A DNA stretch of 64,000 bases from NCBI GenBank assembly GCA_051294905.1, contig CM119371.1, positions 23,128,001-23,192,000 on the forward strand. The letters are read 5' to 3'. Made by a program: the position numbers and the translations under genes. This document shows positions 25,760-38,586 of this stretch, piece by piece; position 1 is the stretch's first letter; each line of letters opens with the position of its first letter. The notes under the pieces were generated by a model. That model saw nothing but the letters and a program-made list of their open reading frames with translations. It was not told where the DNA came from and did not search any database. The DNA is from Botryllus schlosseri. Taxonomy: Eukaryota.

Positions 25760-27794
25760 TTCGCACTACAGCTAATCCTAGAAAAACAGATATACATAAA
25801 ATCAGTCAAGCAACAAAGAATAGTGGAAAACATTTCAGTTCTTTTAGAGTTTTAGGTCGAACACATACTGCATAACTTGCACAGGAGTAGCCAGATTAGA
25901 TCTAGTTATAGATTATCGAAGATAGTTATTCCTAAATTGGAAAAACTCATACCAGTATATTGATATCTTGGGATAAAACAAAAAATTTAGAGCAACCGAC
26001 TGGCGGTTTTCCCCAGTCACTGGAATAGACATTTGCAAGCTTTGTTTCTATCCCAATAGAAAGGAAAAGAGTATCAGGTCTATTATATCAAATAGTTGTA
26101 TACTGCTATAATACTATGTTCACTAATCACGCGCTAAACTCGCTAATAGCATGAGTCAGAACGCCGCCTGATAAGTCCTGCACCTCAATCGTAAACACAG
26201 TCCATCAACAACAAAGCAGCAAGGCCCCTGACTAATCAATGATCCCCGTTTCACAGCCGTGCTCAGCGCTTCATCAGCGCTAGAACATACACGTCACGTC
26301 AGTGAGAACACACGCCATTGCTGTCGAGTCACTGACAACGGGGGAATCCCCTAATTCCGAATTAATTTTCAGGTGCATGAAAAAACGGCAATGTGCACAC
26401 GGATGCAGGGGATGAATTACAAAAAAAAGTTGCCAGAATTTGTTTTTAAGGTATAAGGCATGGGAAACCGACTGAAAACCTAGACTTTTTGAAAGTCGGT
26501 CAATTCTGAACAACCCTAGTGTATATACATGAATATCCACCAATTGAAACGTATTTAATAACGTTCAAAATTTGTTCCTCGAATGTATCATCGGTCCCCA
26601 CCCGGTGGGTCGAAAGGAACACGACCCGGGGACGTATGAGACAAACGCTTAAAAACTTAAATGCTCCAACTTTTCTGGCTGTGTAATATAATCCAAGCTA
26701 CAGCAAGCCAAAAAAAGAATATTTGGTCTCAACCTTCGAGAAAATAGAATAAATAATACCTCAAATGTTGCCATGAAATCACGTTTCGATTTAAGCACAA
26801 ACTTAAAAATTTTAGGGTATTATACACATTGCCCGTAAATCGAGATTTAGACTTTCAAATAGCTCATTATAGCGATAAAACATCACAGGTAATTATTAAA
26901 TACAGCGTCTACGTGTGTAGGCATGTTATTGTTGTTGTTGCATGACTGGTTAATCCATCTATTTTTCTTGATTTGGCTGTGGTATCATTGGCCTTAACTC
27001 TATAAATTATGTATTTGAATTCAAAAAAAGTCCACCCAAGGATGGTATTGAATAAAAAATATGTTCCGTTATGTAGCCTGGTACAAGCCCTACACTTCAC
27101 ATTAAAATTATTGCTGTTCTTTTCGTGTTGAATATTTCAAAGAAAAATGAATGCGTATATCGAACTTTATTTTACACCCCACCAAACAGTAAACATCTGC
27201 CAGATACCCCATAACTCATGCAGGTCGAAGTTTTTGGCATGTGAGGAAAGATTCTTTCGGCATGCAATTGTAGACAAATTCACGGAGTGTAATCATGTGA
27301 TTATCACAGAGAATTTTTTTAGTATTTTGGGCCCCATGAATTCCCCGTATATATATGTCGTCTTTCTCGAATCCGTAATTTGTCCTTAGCTGTCGTTGAA
27401 ATAACTTTTAGTTATATTTTAATACATGACAACCATCATGCAGGTATCTGCTCAATCGATTTTCTGGAACTATAACGAACGCTTCACGCGCATTTGGACA
27501 TAGTTGTATCGCACATGCAATAATTCCACTTGGGATACATGTGGGGCTGCCATAGTAAGAATTAGTCACGAACGATAATGAAAGTTGCGATAGCTTTGAA
27601 AAGACGAGATACTACTGACGGTTTCGGAAGGCGATCGTAAAAATCGAACCCACGTCGAGGACATCCATGTAGTTTGCGCTCTACAGTACATACAGATCCA
27701 AAATAACTAATATTCCACGTTCAGCTGGTTGTATAAAGAACTAAAAAAGAACTTATAAAGAACTAAATGTTGCTCTCACATTGTCCATTTAGAC

Positions 27795-28591
27795 CAGTGG
27801 TTCTCATACTGAGGGGCACATCTGAAAGGGGGAGGGGGAGAATCCGACAGAGAGAAGTGATATTTTTTGAACTCGTAATGAGTTTAATTTGTGCTTAAAC
27901 TTACAAGTTTCCACAACGGCAATACTCCCAAATATAGATTTTGAATGTCATAATGGCGTCGTGCCATCGGATTACCGATGATAGATTTTGCAGATATCGG
28001 ACCTTGCATGGATATAAAGAGGTCGCTAATTGGTGAATGCATGTATAGCTTTTGGCTTATGCTGTTATTACATGTTTATCAAACATCTGTTCACAGTGTG
28101 TAGAACGGTGACTGTCAAGAATCGTATTTTATGATAGCCCAGACGTACACATTTGAAACTCTTGCAGAACACATGCGAACGCAGAAACAAATTGTTTGTT
28201 ACGTGAAAAAGTTTTATGGCACGCGGCCCGTGTCATTGTTTTGGATTTACCTGTGAGCTAAGCTCAGGTGGTGTTGTTATAGAAGGGATTAGACATCAAA
28301 ATCGCTACAATATCTATATGCTACGGAACACAATTGCCCGTGACTATTTTTACGTAACAGTCAAGTAAAATAATCTTCGCGCTCTTTGCTATTTACCACT
28401 AGTTCGTAGGCTATATGTTTCTCCGTGTACTGTCCTAATTTCATATTTATGAATTCCCCTCAAAAGTCAAAACCTATCAAGCCATGAAACTATGCGTTGG
28501 GATTGCGAGCATTCTGGTTGCTCTTTTAAATATTTCTTATTTAGCAATCAAGGGGGCGCGAAATTTCCACTATAATCAAGGGGAGCCACTG
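27795..28591. mobile_element. hAT-like MITE (left part shared with copy B, ~60399-60848)
   Basis: TIRs CAGTGGTTCTC / GGGAGCCACTG; TSD ATTTAGAC / ATTTTGAC. Confidence 0.7.
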
Positions 28592-28962
28592 ATTTTGACG
28601 GTACTATCGGGTAGCAAATACCCGATGACTTAACACTTATTTCTACTCTACGGATAAAAGTTCGGCGTTTATTACATACTTCATGCAGTATATCACTCAA
28701 TTGACGTCCCCCACATATAATTATACTAACATGATAGCATGGAGTATATTCAGGTAACAGAATTATTAGCGACCATAATGCTTGACCAGTGACTGTCTTC
28801 GTCTTAGTTGTTCAGAACTGGTCTGCAGCCGAATTTGACATATTTGTCGAGGTCTATCCGTATATGCGTATATTCGTATGTATCATAGTAGCCTACATCA
28901 AAAGACAGAAAGTGATATTTGCCGACTGAAAATTCAGTCAAAATCAGACAATTGGCGGTGAC

Positions 28963-29477
28963 TAAGGCTGGGCAAAATCGAGTACCTGAGTGATTCGATT
29001 CTGAATCACGTAATATGCTTCGAGTCGAGTCGAGTAATCGAGTATCACTCATTATGACGTCACAACAGGATGTACTATGTCGAAGTCCAAATATGAACCT
29101 TTTATGCCACCACAAAGAACGTAATGCCTGTTATCCATCACATTAAAGATACTTTGGTCTTTTTTCGACCATACCGATTTCATTGCACTTCTTAACAATT
29201 TTGTTGGATGATAATGACTTCGGAAATGTGTTATTTCCAGTAACGTTCGTAGCTTTAAACTCTGCCTGGTATGCTCAAACACGGCCAATCAAGGTTTCAC
29301 GGCTTCCTCAGTGGAAAATAGTATCAAAACTATAATTCTCGTCAGTAAATTAACTTTCAGTTGCGAGGACCGTATAATTTCAGTACTCGAAAACATCGTC
29401 TTTTACTACTCGACTCGAATCATTAAAATTACTACTCGATTCAGATTCGAGTACTCGAATCATTTTACCCAGCCCTA
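28963..29477. mobile_element. hAT-type MITE with CGAGT subterminal repeats
   Basis: TIRs TAAGGCTGGGCAAAAT / ATTTTACCCAGCCCTA; perfect TSD GCGGTGAC; empty paralogous site at ~43340. Confidence 0.85.
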
Positions 29478-30121
29478 GCGGTGACTAGACTGGACTTGTG
29501 CATTTTGAGAATTTGCGTGACTTCAGTAATGACATGCCTTGATGAGAGAGTGAAATACAATTTTTATTAGAACTGTCGTCTACATATATGCGCATGCGCA
29601 TTAACATCATTTTTACATATCAATAACACCATTGCGACGTGACGAATATGACAAAATACAATTTTGTGAAGCTAAAACTAGTGTAAATCTATTAGTATAT
29701 GTGTATATCGATCGATTTACCGCTCACTGACATTGTCGACGAGGAAGCGCTATACCTTTCAAAGTGCACAGAATATAGGTTGGAAATATTAACATCTGCT
29801 CCACCACAGAATTCCGTGTGATAATGTATAGAAAATCAACCAAGAAAAAACAAATCGTCGCAATCTCGCTATACTGACTTCAAGCCTTTGCCGTCAAATA
29901 CCCGATGCCAATTGACAAGAAAAGTCTGGCCAAGTCTAGCGGGCACTGCTTAGAAAAAATGAATCGACGGAACATCTCACTATACTGCGTTCAAGCCTGG
30001 TGCCGTCAAAGAAGCGATGCCTGTCGACAAGAAAGGTTTGGTCAAGGCTAGCGGGCACAAGAGGTCCCTTTCGCCGTCTCGCAATTTTGCGTTGAACCCG
30101 ATAACCGCCAAGGGTGTGGAG

Positions 30122-33100
30122 CAGTGATTCCCAAGTGCGGCCCCAGCTAGCCTTCGTGCGGCCCCCACAAACATATTAGGAAATCGATTTACGACTTAAA
30201 GTAAAATATCTATATCTATAAAATACTGTTGTCTAGCTTGGAGTCTGGAGTTATTAATTAGGATTGCAGGACAGTTGTCTGTAGACTGCCAGAAAATTCT
30301 GTTCGATAACAATTATTTACCATTTGTAGACGCACAATAATCAATATATACTGAAATCACAGCGAAAATCGCATTCTTCTTGAGCTTTCACTTGTAAATG
30401 CCCATTTATAGCGAAATCTTCAAACCAAATGCATACAATCCCCTGTCAAGTGCTTAAGCTATTTCATTTTAGATGTCGGCTAACAGCTTATTACTCGATC
30501 ATGCTATTCCTCAATATATTTTACTCAAAATTCGATGTTCGTCTGTATGTCTTGATTTTGCCAGTGTGAGTGTACCATGCTGGAATGGGTCATGAGATTG
30601 CCTGTGCTACTTCTCGATGATGTCTTGTAGCAATGTAATAATTTTATGGCTTTCATCCACGTATTTATTCGTTAACTTATTTTCCAACGGCAATTTCGCA
30701 GCAGACTTATAGATAGACGGCAAGCCGTATGTGTTGTGTCACAACCTCCAGCTTCAAGGCCAAAATCTCCTATTTTGTTCCGTGACCGAATTTTAGAGGC
30801 TGCTATAGCAGCAGGATATATCCTTAGTTCTTGAAAGACGATTCAAAATTATGTTTTATTAGATTCAATATGACAGGTCCAATCTATGATATAACAATTG
30901 GGTATGTGTCCGAACTCGGTGACCTTTCGAGTTACGCTTATGCAATCTCTCGAGTTCTAGTCATCTCTGCAGATATAATTAGTCAGGTGAGAACATGAGT
31001 CGTGATCAGTGTGTGCTCGGTACGCCGTTTACGCAGTTTTACGTTTGTGGGTGCCACTGCTTTGCTTGCCTATAACCTGGCCGTAACACTCCAGGATCGT
31101 GTACGAAACACTTTCGGACGGGCTTAGAAAGACTAGGGCTAATCGATTTGTCTCACTTTCGGGACGCGAATCCAACCATACAAATCGGGTCGGAGGCGCT
31201 GCAACACTTCGCATGGTACAATTAAAAGGCCCCAAAGTGTCATGCGAATGCTCTTTGGAGGTAGTTAGTATGTGTTGGTAGTCTTAGTCGGCGCTTGCGT
31301 AATCTCCACCGCGAAATGATAACACATGCTACTAAGGATGCCCCGACGATTGATTCGTGGCATATGTACGATTCTTAGTTCGCGTACAGTACATTCGTAC
31401 GTTCGTTTCGTTGCCTTGGCCATATTTAAATTTGTATATTCTGAATCAGTGCGACACTTGCTTTCGATTAAGACCAGACATATTAGACATATTAAATTTG
31501 GACGCTCGGATCCCCAGTTATAGGGCAACCAATTCTGCTACTTCTACCGGGATCAGCAGTAGGCCTCCCGGCGTTTAAACCGTGTGTCATGTGTTGCGCA
31601 TCAATCCTTATGTTAGAAATCTAGGGCCAAGGCAAAACCCGGCAGCAGCTATCCCGTTCTCCTCGATTTTACTCTATTTTGTGAACTTTTTATGGACCTA
31701 AAGCAGTCACAAATTCTATAAATCCGCGATAGGTTAATCAGTCATTTGGTCAAGTTTTGGGTATATTAAAGATTTGAATGATGTCAGAACAGCCTTCAAA
31801 GAAAGCACGTAAAATTCAGCAGGAATGTCGTGTTTTTAAAGTGAATGGGAAGAAAAGTATTTTCATATTGAGGTGGGCAACAAAGCCCAATGCCTTATAT
31901 GTCCTGTGGCGATAAGTAGTGTAAAATCTTATAACATTGAGAGGCACTACTAAACTCATTCTTCAAAATATGATTGCTACCAAGGAGAATCACGGAAAAG
32001 GAAATTGGAATCCCTCAAGTCGGCACGGAATAAGCAAACAATTATGTCCAAGACTAGTAATGAATCTGATGATATTACCCAAACGTCATATAAGGTGAGC
32101 CATCTAATTGCTCGCAATATGAAGCCATACTCGGATGGTGATATAATGAAGCAGGCTATAGTTACGTTTGCAACAGAATGCTGTTCAAGTTCCATAAAAC
32201 AAAAGGCAAGAAAGTTGCAGCTGAGCAATACTACAGTAACACGGCGCATTGAATGTATAGCAAACGACCAACGTGATCAGCTTCTTGACAAATCGAAAAC
32301 ATTTGTGTGTTACTCTGTCGCGCTTGACAGCTCAAAAGATCTCACCGACACAGAGCAATTAGCTGTGTTTATTAGGGGAGTCATGCCGGATTTTACGATT
32401 TGTGAAGAATATCTCACTTTGCGTTCTATTCATGGCACAACTAAAGGAACAGATATGTTTCGCGAATTTCGTGCTACTCTTGAAGAAGCACATTTGGATT
32501 CATCACAGTTGGTTGGAGTAGCAACGGATGGCTGTCCATCCATGCTTGGAGCAAATCAAGGGCTTCAGGGGCTCATCAATAAATGGCGAGAAGAGTATAG
32601 TCTTGCTCCAGTGACATGGCATCATTGCATTTTACACCAAGAAAATCTGGTTGCTAAGTCACTCAACATGTCTAATGTAATGGATGTGGTAATAACAACA
32701 GTGAACTGGATCAGAGCAAACGCACTTAAGCATCGGAAGTTCAAAAAGTTTTTAGCAGATGCTGACGCTGAGCATGGTGACGTAGCCATGTTTACAGCCG
32801 TTCGATGGCTAAGCCGCGCTTCATGTCTCAAACGATTTTATGACCTTCTTCCAGAGATTAAAACGTTTGCTGAAGGAAAAAAAGATGTTTCTCAACTTGG
32901 CGACGAAGATTGGGTTGCCGATTTGGCGTTTTTGTGGATATCACTACACACCTTTCTACTCTCAATCGCACTCTACAGGGCAATAACAAGCTCTGTCATG
33001 ATTTGTATGGCACGACAACTGCTTTCATTAACAAGCTTTGTCTCTGGAAAACGTAGCTTGGAGATGGTGTTACAGCACATTTTCCAACACTATCTGGTCA

Positions 33101-33712
33101 TAAAGCCAATGCATCATTTGGTGAATACAGCAGGCTTATCAGCAACTTGATTGATGAGTTCAACCGGCGCATAGACGGATTGAATGATTTTCTGCCCATG
33201 ATGAAAATGTTTTCCAATCCTTTTTCAGTTAATGTAGCCACTGCGCCTGAAAATTGTCAATTGGAGTTGCTAGACATGCAATCAGATATCGAGCTGAAGC
33301 AATTATTTAAGAGTGAAGACTTACTTGAATTTTGGAGTCAAGTTCCTGGCGGAAAGTATCCCAACTTGATAATCAATGCACAGAAAAACGCTTCTCTGTT
33401 TGGATCAACTTCAATGATGACTCCAATGACTTCAATGACTCCGATGACCACCTCAAGCAGCTACTACGTACTGCATCATCTGCAATTACTCCTCGCTTTG
33501 GCAAACTTCTTGAATCTCAAAGCCAATGCCATGTTGGACATTAAATTGATTTTCGTATTTCCTTCTTGTTAGTGTTTCAATTCGTTCTTCATTGGTACGT
33601 GCTTTGATGCTTCATAATTTTTGCTATACTTGATGAGTGTATTCGTGCGGCCCCAACTGTACTCTGACATTACAAATTTGGCCCTGACACCGACAAAGTT
33701 TGGGAACCACTG
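30122..33712 (+). mobile_element. hAT (Charlie/Buster, GTF2IRD2-like) DNA transposon, copy A-specific
   Basis: TIRs CAGTGATTCCCAA / TTGGGAACCACTG; TSD GTGTGGAG / GTGTAGAG; empty site at ~61368 in copy B. Confidence 0.9.
31778..33544 (+). pseudogene. GTF2IRD2/Buster-like hAT transposase, disrupted
   Basis: N-terminal zinc-finger-like CLIC..ERHY*TH, then LSNTTVTRRI, SVALDSSKD..QL, ATDGCPSM, HCILHQE, VRWLSR and LFGST. Frameshifts near 31840 and 32930; internal stops. Confidence 0.9.
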
Positions 33713-35899
33713 GTGTAGAGTGTAGACCAAGCAGTCGACAAGATCAGATTGGCAAACTCAAGCGGACACGGTTTCGAAACATTTGTCCGTGGAAAGCAGA
33801 AAAATTCAACGTCCACAAGTACGAAAAGCAGGAATGAAACAAACGCGAATCTCGATTCGAGCACACGATTGCTTGGAACACAGCGGACACACACAAGAGA
33901 GGAGTTCCGCTGCCTAAAAGTCAAATTGCAATAAACAGTTTTGCAAAGATCTAAATTCGGAACAAACATCAAGTCTGTGTCGGAAGATATCAAGATCGCT
34001 GATCGTAGAAAAGAAAGCTGTGAATCAGACATGAGGATACGCAAAGCACCGCCAAACCAGGATGAAGAAGAATGTGCATCGGTGGAAATCGACATCCTAC
34101 CAGCGTCAGCGCTGCCACATGTTCCGCAGGAGTGTCGTATTTTCAGTTGCGATGGTTGCAGGAAAGGTTGTCTCGTGCTAGCAGCCTCGACACGATGTTG
34201 AAGATATCTGACATTGTGATGAAATCCACCAACAACACGCTCTCACAATGCACGAATAACACTTTTCTGGTGGTGTTTTTATCTTCGGAACTGTTTGATC
34301 TAGATATTGCGACGATAAAACATACCAAAGATGTGTTGAAATCGTAGAAACTTTCTGCTTAATTACCATCCCGAAAGCAACTCCACCATATTTTGAAGCC
34401 AAATCCGCATATTGTTTATAATATACCGTCCACTGAATAGTTTTTAGTTCGGGATTCATGTAGGGTTACCATATTTTGGTGGAGAAAATTCCGGACACAC
34501 TATAGCGCCAACTAGCTGATTTTAAAATGAGTTACGACACACTGTCTGTCAATATGACGTCACACGGGCAGAGCTTTGCCTATCGACCAGAGGTGGGCAC
34601 CACTCACGATCCTGATCAGAAGCCGCTATGCAGCTATAGTGTTATTTGGTTGTGTGCTGTAACCAGGACCGAAACAACATTTTTCCAGCGTCGAAGTAAA
34701 CATTGATCTTGAGCTCACCATAGGGTAATCGACGCAACTTTTGGAGGGCTTACTCTATTCATCTGGTTTCTGTATGCATCTGGTCGTTAAATTTTGTGAC
34801 TGGATTCTGTCTATGACATTGGTTCTTCCATGTACCGCTATAAAATGTTGATCCTATCGCTGCTCACATGATCATGGTTAGCAGTAGAGCTGGTGCAGGA
34901 TGATGACTTCGAAAATGCAAGGAACGTTATTATGTCACACGGGTAGCCTACGTCTATTTATGAGTCTAAATGCCGGTCCGCACCAGCAGGTTGCACAGGG
35001 TTTCCAACCTTTTGTGGTCGCGACTCCATTTCTAACTCGAAAATGATCTGTGGCGCTGCTCGAAATGTGATAAGCTGATTACTGAAAAACTGTCAGTAGC
35101 TTTGGCCAGACTTACTCGTGGCCTATTTTGGAAGCCGATTCGATACGTTCGACATCTACGCGAACCCCAGAAAAAAGACAAACGACCCCCAGGTTTAGAG
35201 ACACCATCTTTGACTAATGCATCGAACTGTCCTTGGCTGACTCTAGGAATATACTGTTCTCCTATAATTGCGATTACAATTAAACTTATTTCAGTAAATC
35301 ATGATTGTTTTTAATAATTCTTGATGTCATGTTTTGCGAGAGCGGTGGTACACATTTTTGTTTGAAATATTTTTTTCGGCAAGAGTTCATAGAAATGAAA
35401 ATATGCAATACGAATAAATATGGTCGCGACTTCGGTCACCACGAAAATATGAGAAACATATAACCGGAACAATACCCGCCATTTACAGTGACGGGGAAAA
35501 GAATTCAAATTATGACATATAAACAGCGATAAATCACATAAATAGAAATGCGAAAATAAATTAACATGGACCAGGGAAGACAGGGCCAGTTAGCCCAAGG
35601 CCAGGGGACACGAACAGACAAGGGCCCCACCAAAAACGCACAATATATGGGGGTGGGGGCCGACAGACAACACAAAAGAAACGGGGCGAACTGGCGAGGT
35701 CCGACTGCAGGCATTATCATAACAATTGTGGTGTGGAGAATAAAATGTTGAATCATGAAGTGGGGGAACTCCTCCCCCTAGCATTTTGGCACCACTCGGA
35801 AAATTAACTCGAGAAACCAAAATCACACTAAGGTCCCTTTTATGTTAAGTTGGGGAGGAGTTCTGTGAATGAAGCCGGTGTCCATGTGCCTGCAATCGA

Positions 35900-37558
35900 A
35901 CCCAGTGATGGCTAGCGGATTAAGCTAAATACCGGGTAGCAAGACACATAACAAATAAAGAACACGTGAAGGGGGGGGGGTCGAGTCCTCTCGTAGTCCC
36001 GTACACTACACCAAGCCTTCCAGGCGCGATGAGAGTCGCGCTGAGAAGCGATCACGGCCCGCTCGGAGACCAGCCTGGACTCGAAGACAGAAACACCCAT
36101 CGCACGTGAGGAGGTCAGGTTCCTGGGGTGGTAACTTCCCAGAGACCCGACCGAGAACGTGTGCATCTCCACCTCCTTGGCCGTGGCAAGAAGGAGAGAC
36201 TCACAGAGGTCCTTGTACTTTGCGTGTTTCAGCGCAACGGCGGCGTCCGTGCTGGCTACTCCATTCTCGAAGGGGCACACCACATCGATGACCAACACCC
36301 GGCAACGATCCGCTAAGATGAGGTCAGGTCTCAGCCGCCTGTTGGCCAATGTGACGTGCTCCCTGCAAACGCGGTCCACATCGCATCTGGAAAAAGGAGA
36401 GGAGCTTGGTATACATACAGTCCAGGAGCACCCCAAGCACCGAATTGTGTCTGGTCGTGATGCTATCCATCACTGGCAGGCAGTGGTTCAGTATGTGGGG
36501 CAGGTCTCAGTATGCTGTCCGCACTTGCAGCAGACCACACTTGGCTCCACACGTTTCCTAAACCGACCCCGGATCGACCGGAGCGGTAGAAGATTCAGTC
36601 GAACTTTAAGCATCCAGCTACGCTCGACTGCCGTCAGGACGTTGGAAGACCGGAGGAAGCGGTTGGAGCTCCCGTTTCGGCTGTGGCACTCCACAGTTTT
36701 TCCCTGTTCGGGAAGCTCTATCCACCGTGTCTTCCAACGTTGGTTCACCTTGAGGTGAAGGTATTTGGTTAGATGACCCAAATCCTGACAGCAGCCGGCG
36801 CCTGATGCCAAGTGATAGAGCCCATCTTCGGTCACGAACCAGCAAGCACCGAGACGCCTAGCAACGGGTCGGACCTCGGTCCAAAGCCCGTAGGCGTCTC
36901 CGTACGCCCTGCAGTCGTGCCCTGTTAGACTCACGCAGTTTAAAAATTCGACTGTCAGGGTCTCCGACGCCTCGGAGACTCGGCAAGTGCACCGGACGAC
37001 CAACGCCAACCTTCCACGCACAACCGCCCGCACAGAGGGGTCAGTGGAATTGACCATCTTGACGTCCTGGGAAAGCCTCAACACGTCCGCTTCGCAGCAG
37101 AGGTTGGGGATTCCCAGACCGCCAGTCGTTAGCCCGGTATGAAAGAAGGACTGACACGCTCTGCTAGGGAGATGTAATTCCGCCATCACCAACGTGCGGA
37201 TACGCGCATCCAGACGACGCAGATCTCTGCGAAAAAACTTGCGGATTCTCAACTGAAAGAGGATTCTTGGAATAACGAACCTCATCAGTGCGAGCAGCTT
37301 CTGAAATGAGGTGAGGTGTGACAGAAAAAGCCTGTCACAATAGGCCTCAAAAGCTTTAAGGGCCTCCCTACCTTTCTCGGTTGCCTGGTACCCCATGTTT
37401 TTGCCCAGTTATCGCCAGAAAGAGTCACGATCGAGGACCCGGACCTCGTCACCATCAAGGCGGAACGGGGCCGAGTCCACGATCGATCGGCTTCCCTTGA
37501 ACCCCAAGGCAAGAACACGACACTTGGCGGGTTTGAATTTCATACCAGACCACCGAGA
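35900..37558 (-). mobile_element. 5'-truncated RLE-type non-LTR retrotransposon (NeSL/Utopia/R2-group-like), RT C-terminus + CCHC + restriction-like endonuclease
   Basis: WSGMKFKPAKC (RT), GGLGIP, CCKCGQHTET (zinc knuckle), LRPDLIL..IDVVCPFENG..KHAKYKDL..FSVGSLGSY (PD-(D/E)xK RLE). Frameshifted. The 3' UTR probably extends to ~35500; the end is not resolved. Confidence 0.85.
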
Positions 37559-38586
37559 AAATTAATCGCACGAATGATATATGTGGATGGCAGATGAAAT
37601 GTATCTTTAAAAATGTTTGCTATTTCATGTAGGTGACTATAATAGTTATGAAAATGGAAATCTTTTGATGTTCGCCCTAGTTGCATATTCTTTTACTACC
37701 TTCATGGCAAGGGTCTACAAAGTCATATGGACTCCACTAAGTGTAGCTTTTCCCTCATGGCTGATTTAAATGAAAATGAATATGATGAATATTTCAGTTT
37801 GGTCTATAGGTTATGGATGACTAATGACTAGACCTGTATTACAAGTGCCAAGTGGCACATTTTGTATTCGATTCCTTTGCCTAACAGATTCTGCTAGTCA
37901 GCTCGTATCTAACTATGGCGTGCAGCGTTATGTGTATTGATATTTGTGATAGGTAAACCCGAATCGCTTGTAATGAACACAGCAAAACTGTGATCTTTTT
38001 TTATAAAAATAAGCACGAATTAGCGAATTCCTTCCTCAGAGAAGACTCAGTCTTGTAAAGACAAAAGAAATGATTTTATATAGAAATATCGTCTTGACAT
38101 TTTTTTCCTGAACCACTAATTTCAGAGCTTTTGCAAACATTTTTCTCAGGGTATTCAAATTTTGCTGCTAATAGTTTGCATCGGTTGAGCAAATTACATT
38201 GCTAATATTTTTCAGTTATATGGACCATATCATTTGAAACTCAATGCGTATACTTGTAAAGCTGAACATAAGAGATTTTGTTGATATAATTTTTCATTAT
38301 ATGCACTATACTTGAAGTTCAATGTGCAATTGTGCATCTCGATATGTAGCATATATATTGTTCCTGATATATGCCTGCAATAAGACTATTATTTACGAAT
38401 ATTTGGCCTCGTTGTGTTAGTAGAGTGACAGAGACAGGGAGCATATTGGCAATATCGTATTACGTACAAGTTGAGTGCACAGCTGGTAAGGGTTGGAAAA
38501 TATCCTTTTGGCCTCTTAATTTCAGGCCAAAATGTTGGATGTGAGGCCGTGTTTTAGTAGGCCATGGTTGACCGAACGGAATGTAG

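Larger units (their letters stand above)
20368..26518 (-). mobile_element. hATm-like DNA transposon with ~130-bp TIRs and disrupted transposase, copy A-specific
   Basis: TIRs TAGGGTTGTTCAGAATTGACC...GTGCACATTG (20368-20497) and the inverse (~26389-26518). The empty site in copy B is at ~58350-58365 (CTACCGGATATATATACATG). Confidence 0.85.
29760..34347 (+). pseudogene. AF9/ENL AHD-like-domain gene, copy 1 (5'-deleted, split by a hAT transposon)
   Basis: 29760-30121 and 33713-34347 align to 41390-42470 and 61320-62186. C-terminus YFQLRWLQERLSRASSLDTMLKISDIV..LSSELFDLDIATIKHTKDVL; stops and frameshifts present. Confidence 0.7.
15632..35355 (+). repeat. Segmental duplication, copy A
   Basis: Colinear with 48454-63151, from TACTG.CACCTA.GGAAATTGAAT to GCGGTGGTACACAT. 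The copies differ by copy-specific TE insertions and deletions. Confidence 0.9.

Noticed and set aside
26240..26285. Minus-strand CTGATGA...GAAA as a second hammerhead
   Set aside because: Helices I-III cannot be formed convincingly.
36159..36758. 199-aa + strand ORF
   Set aside because: It is the antisense shadow of the GC-rich retrotransposon ORF.
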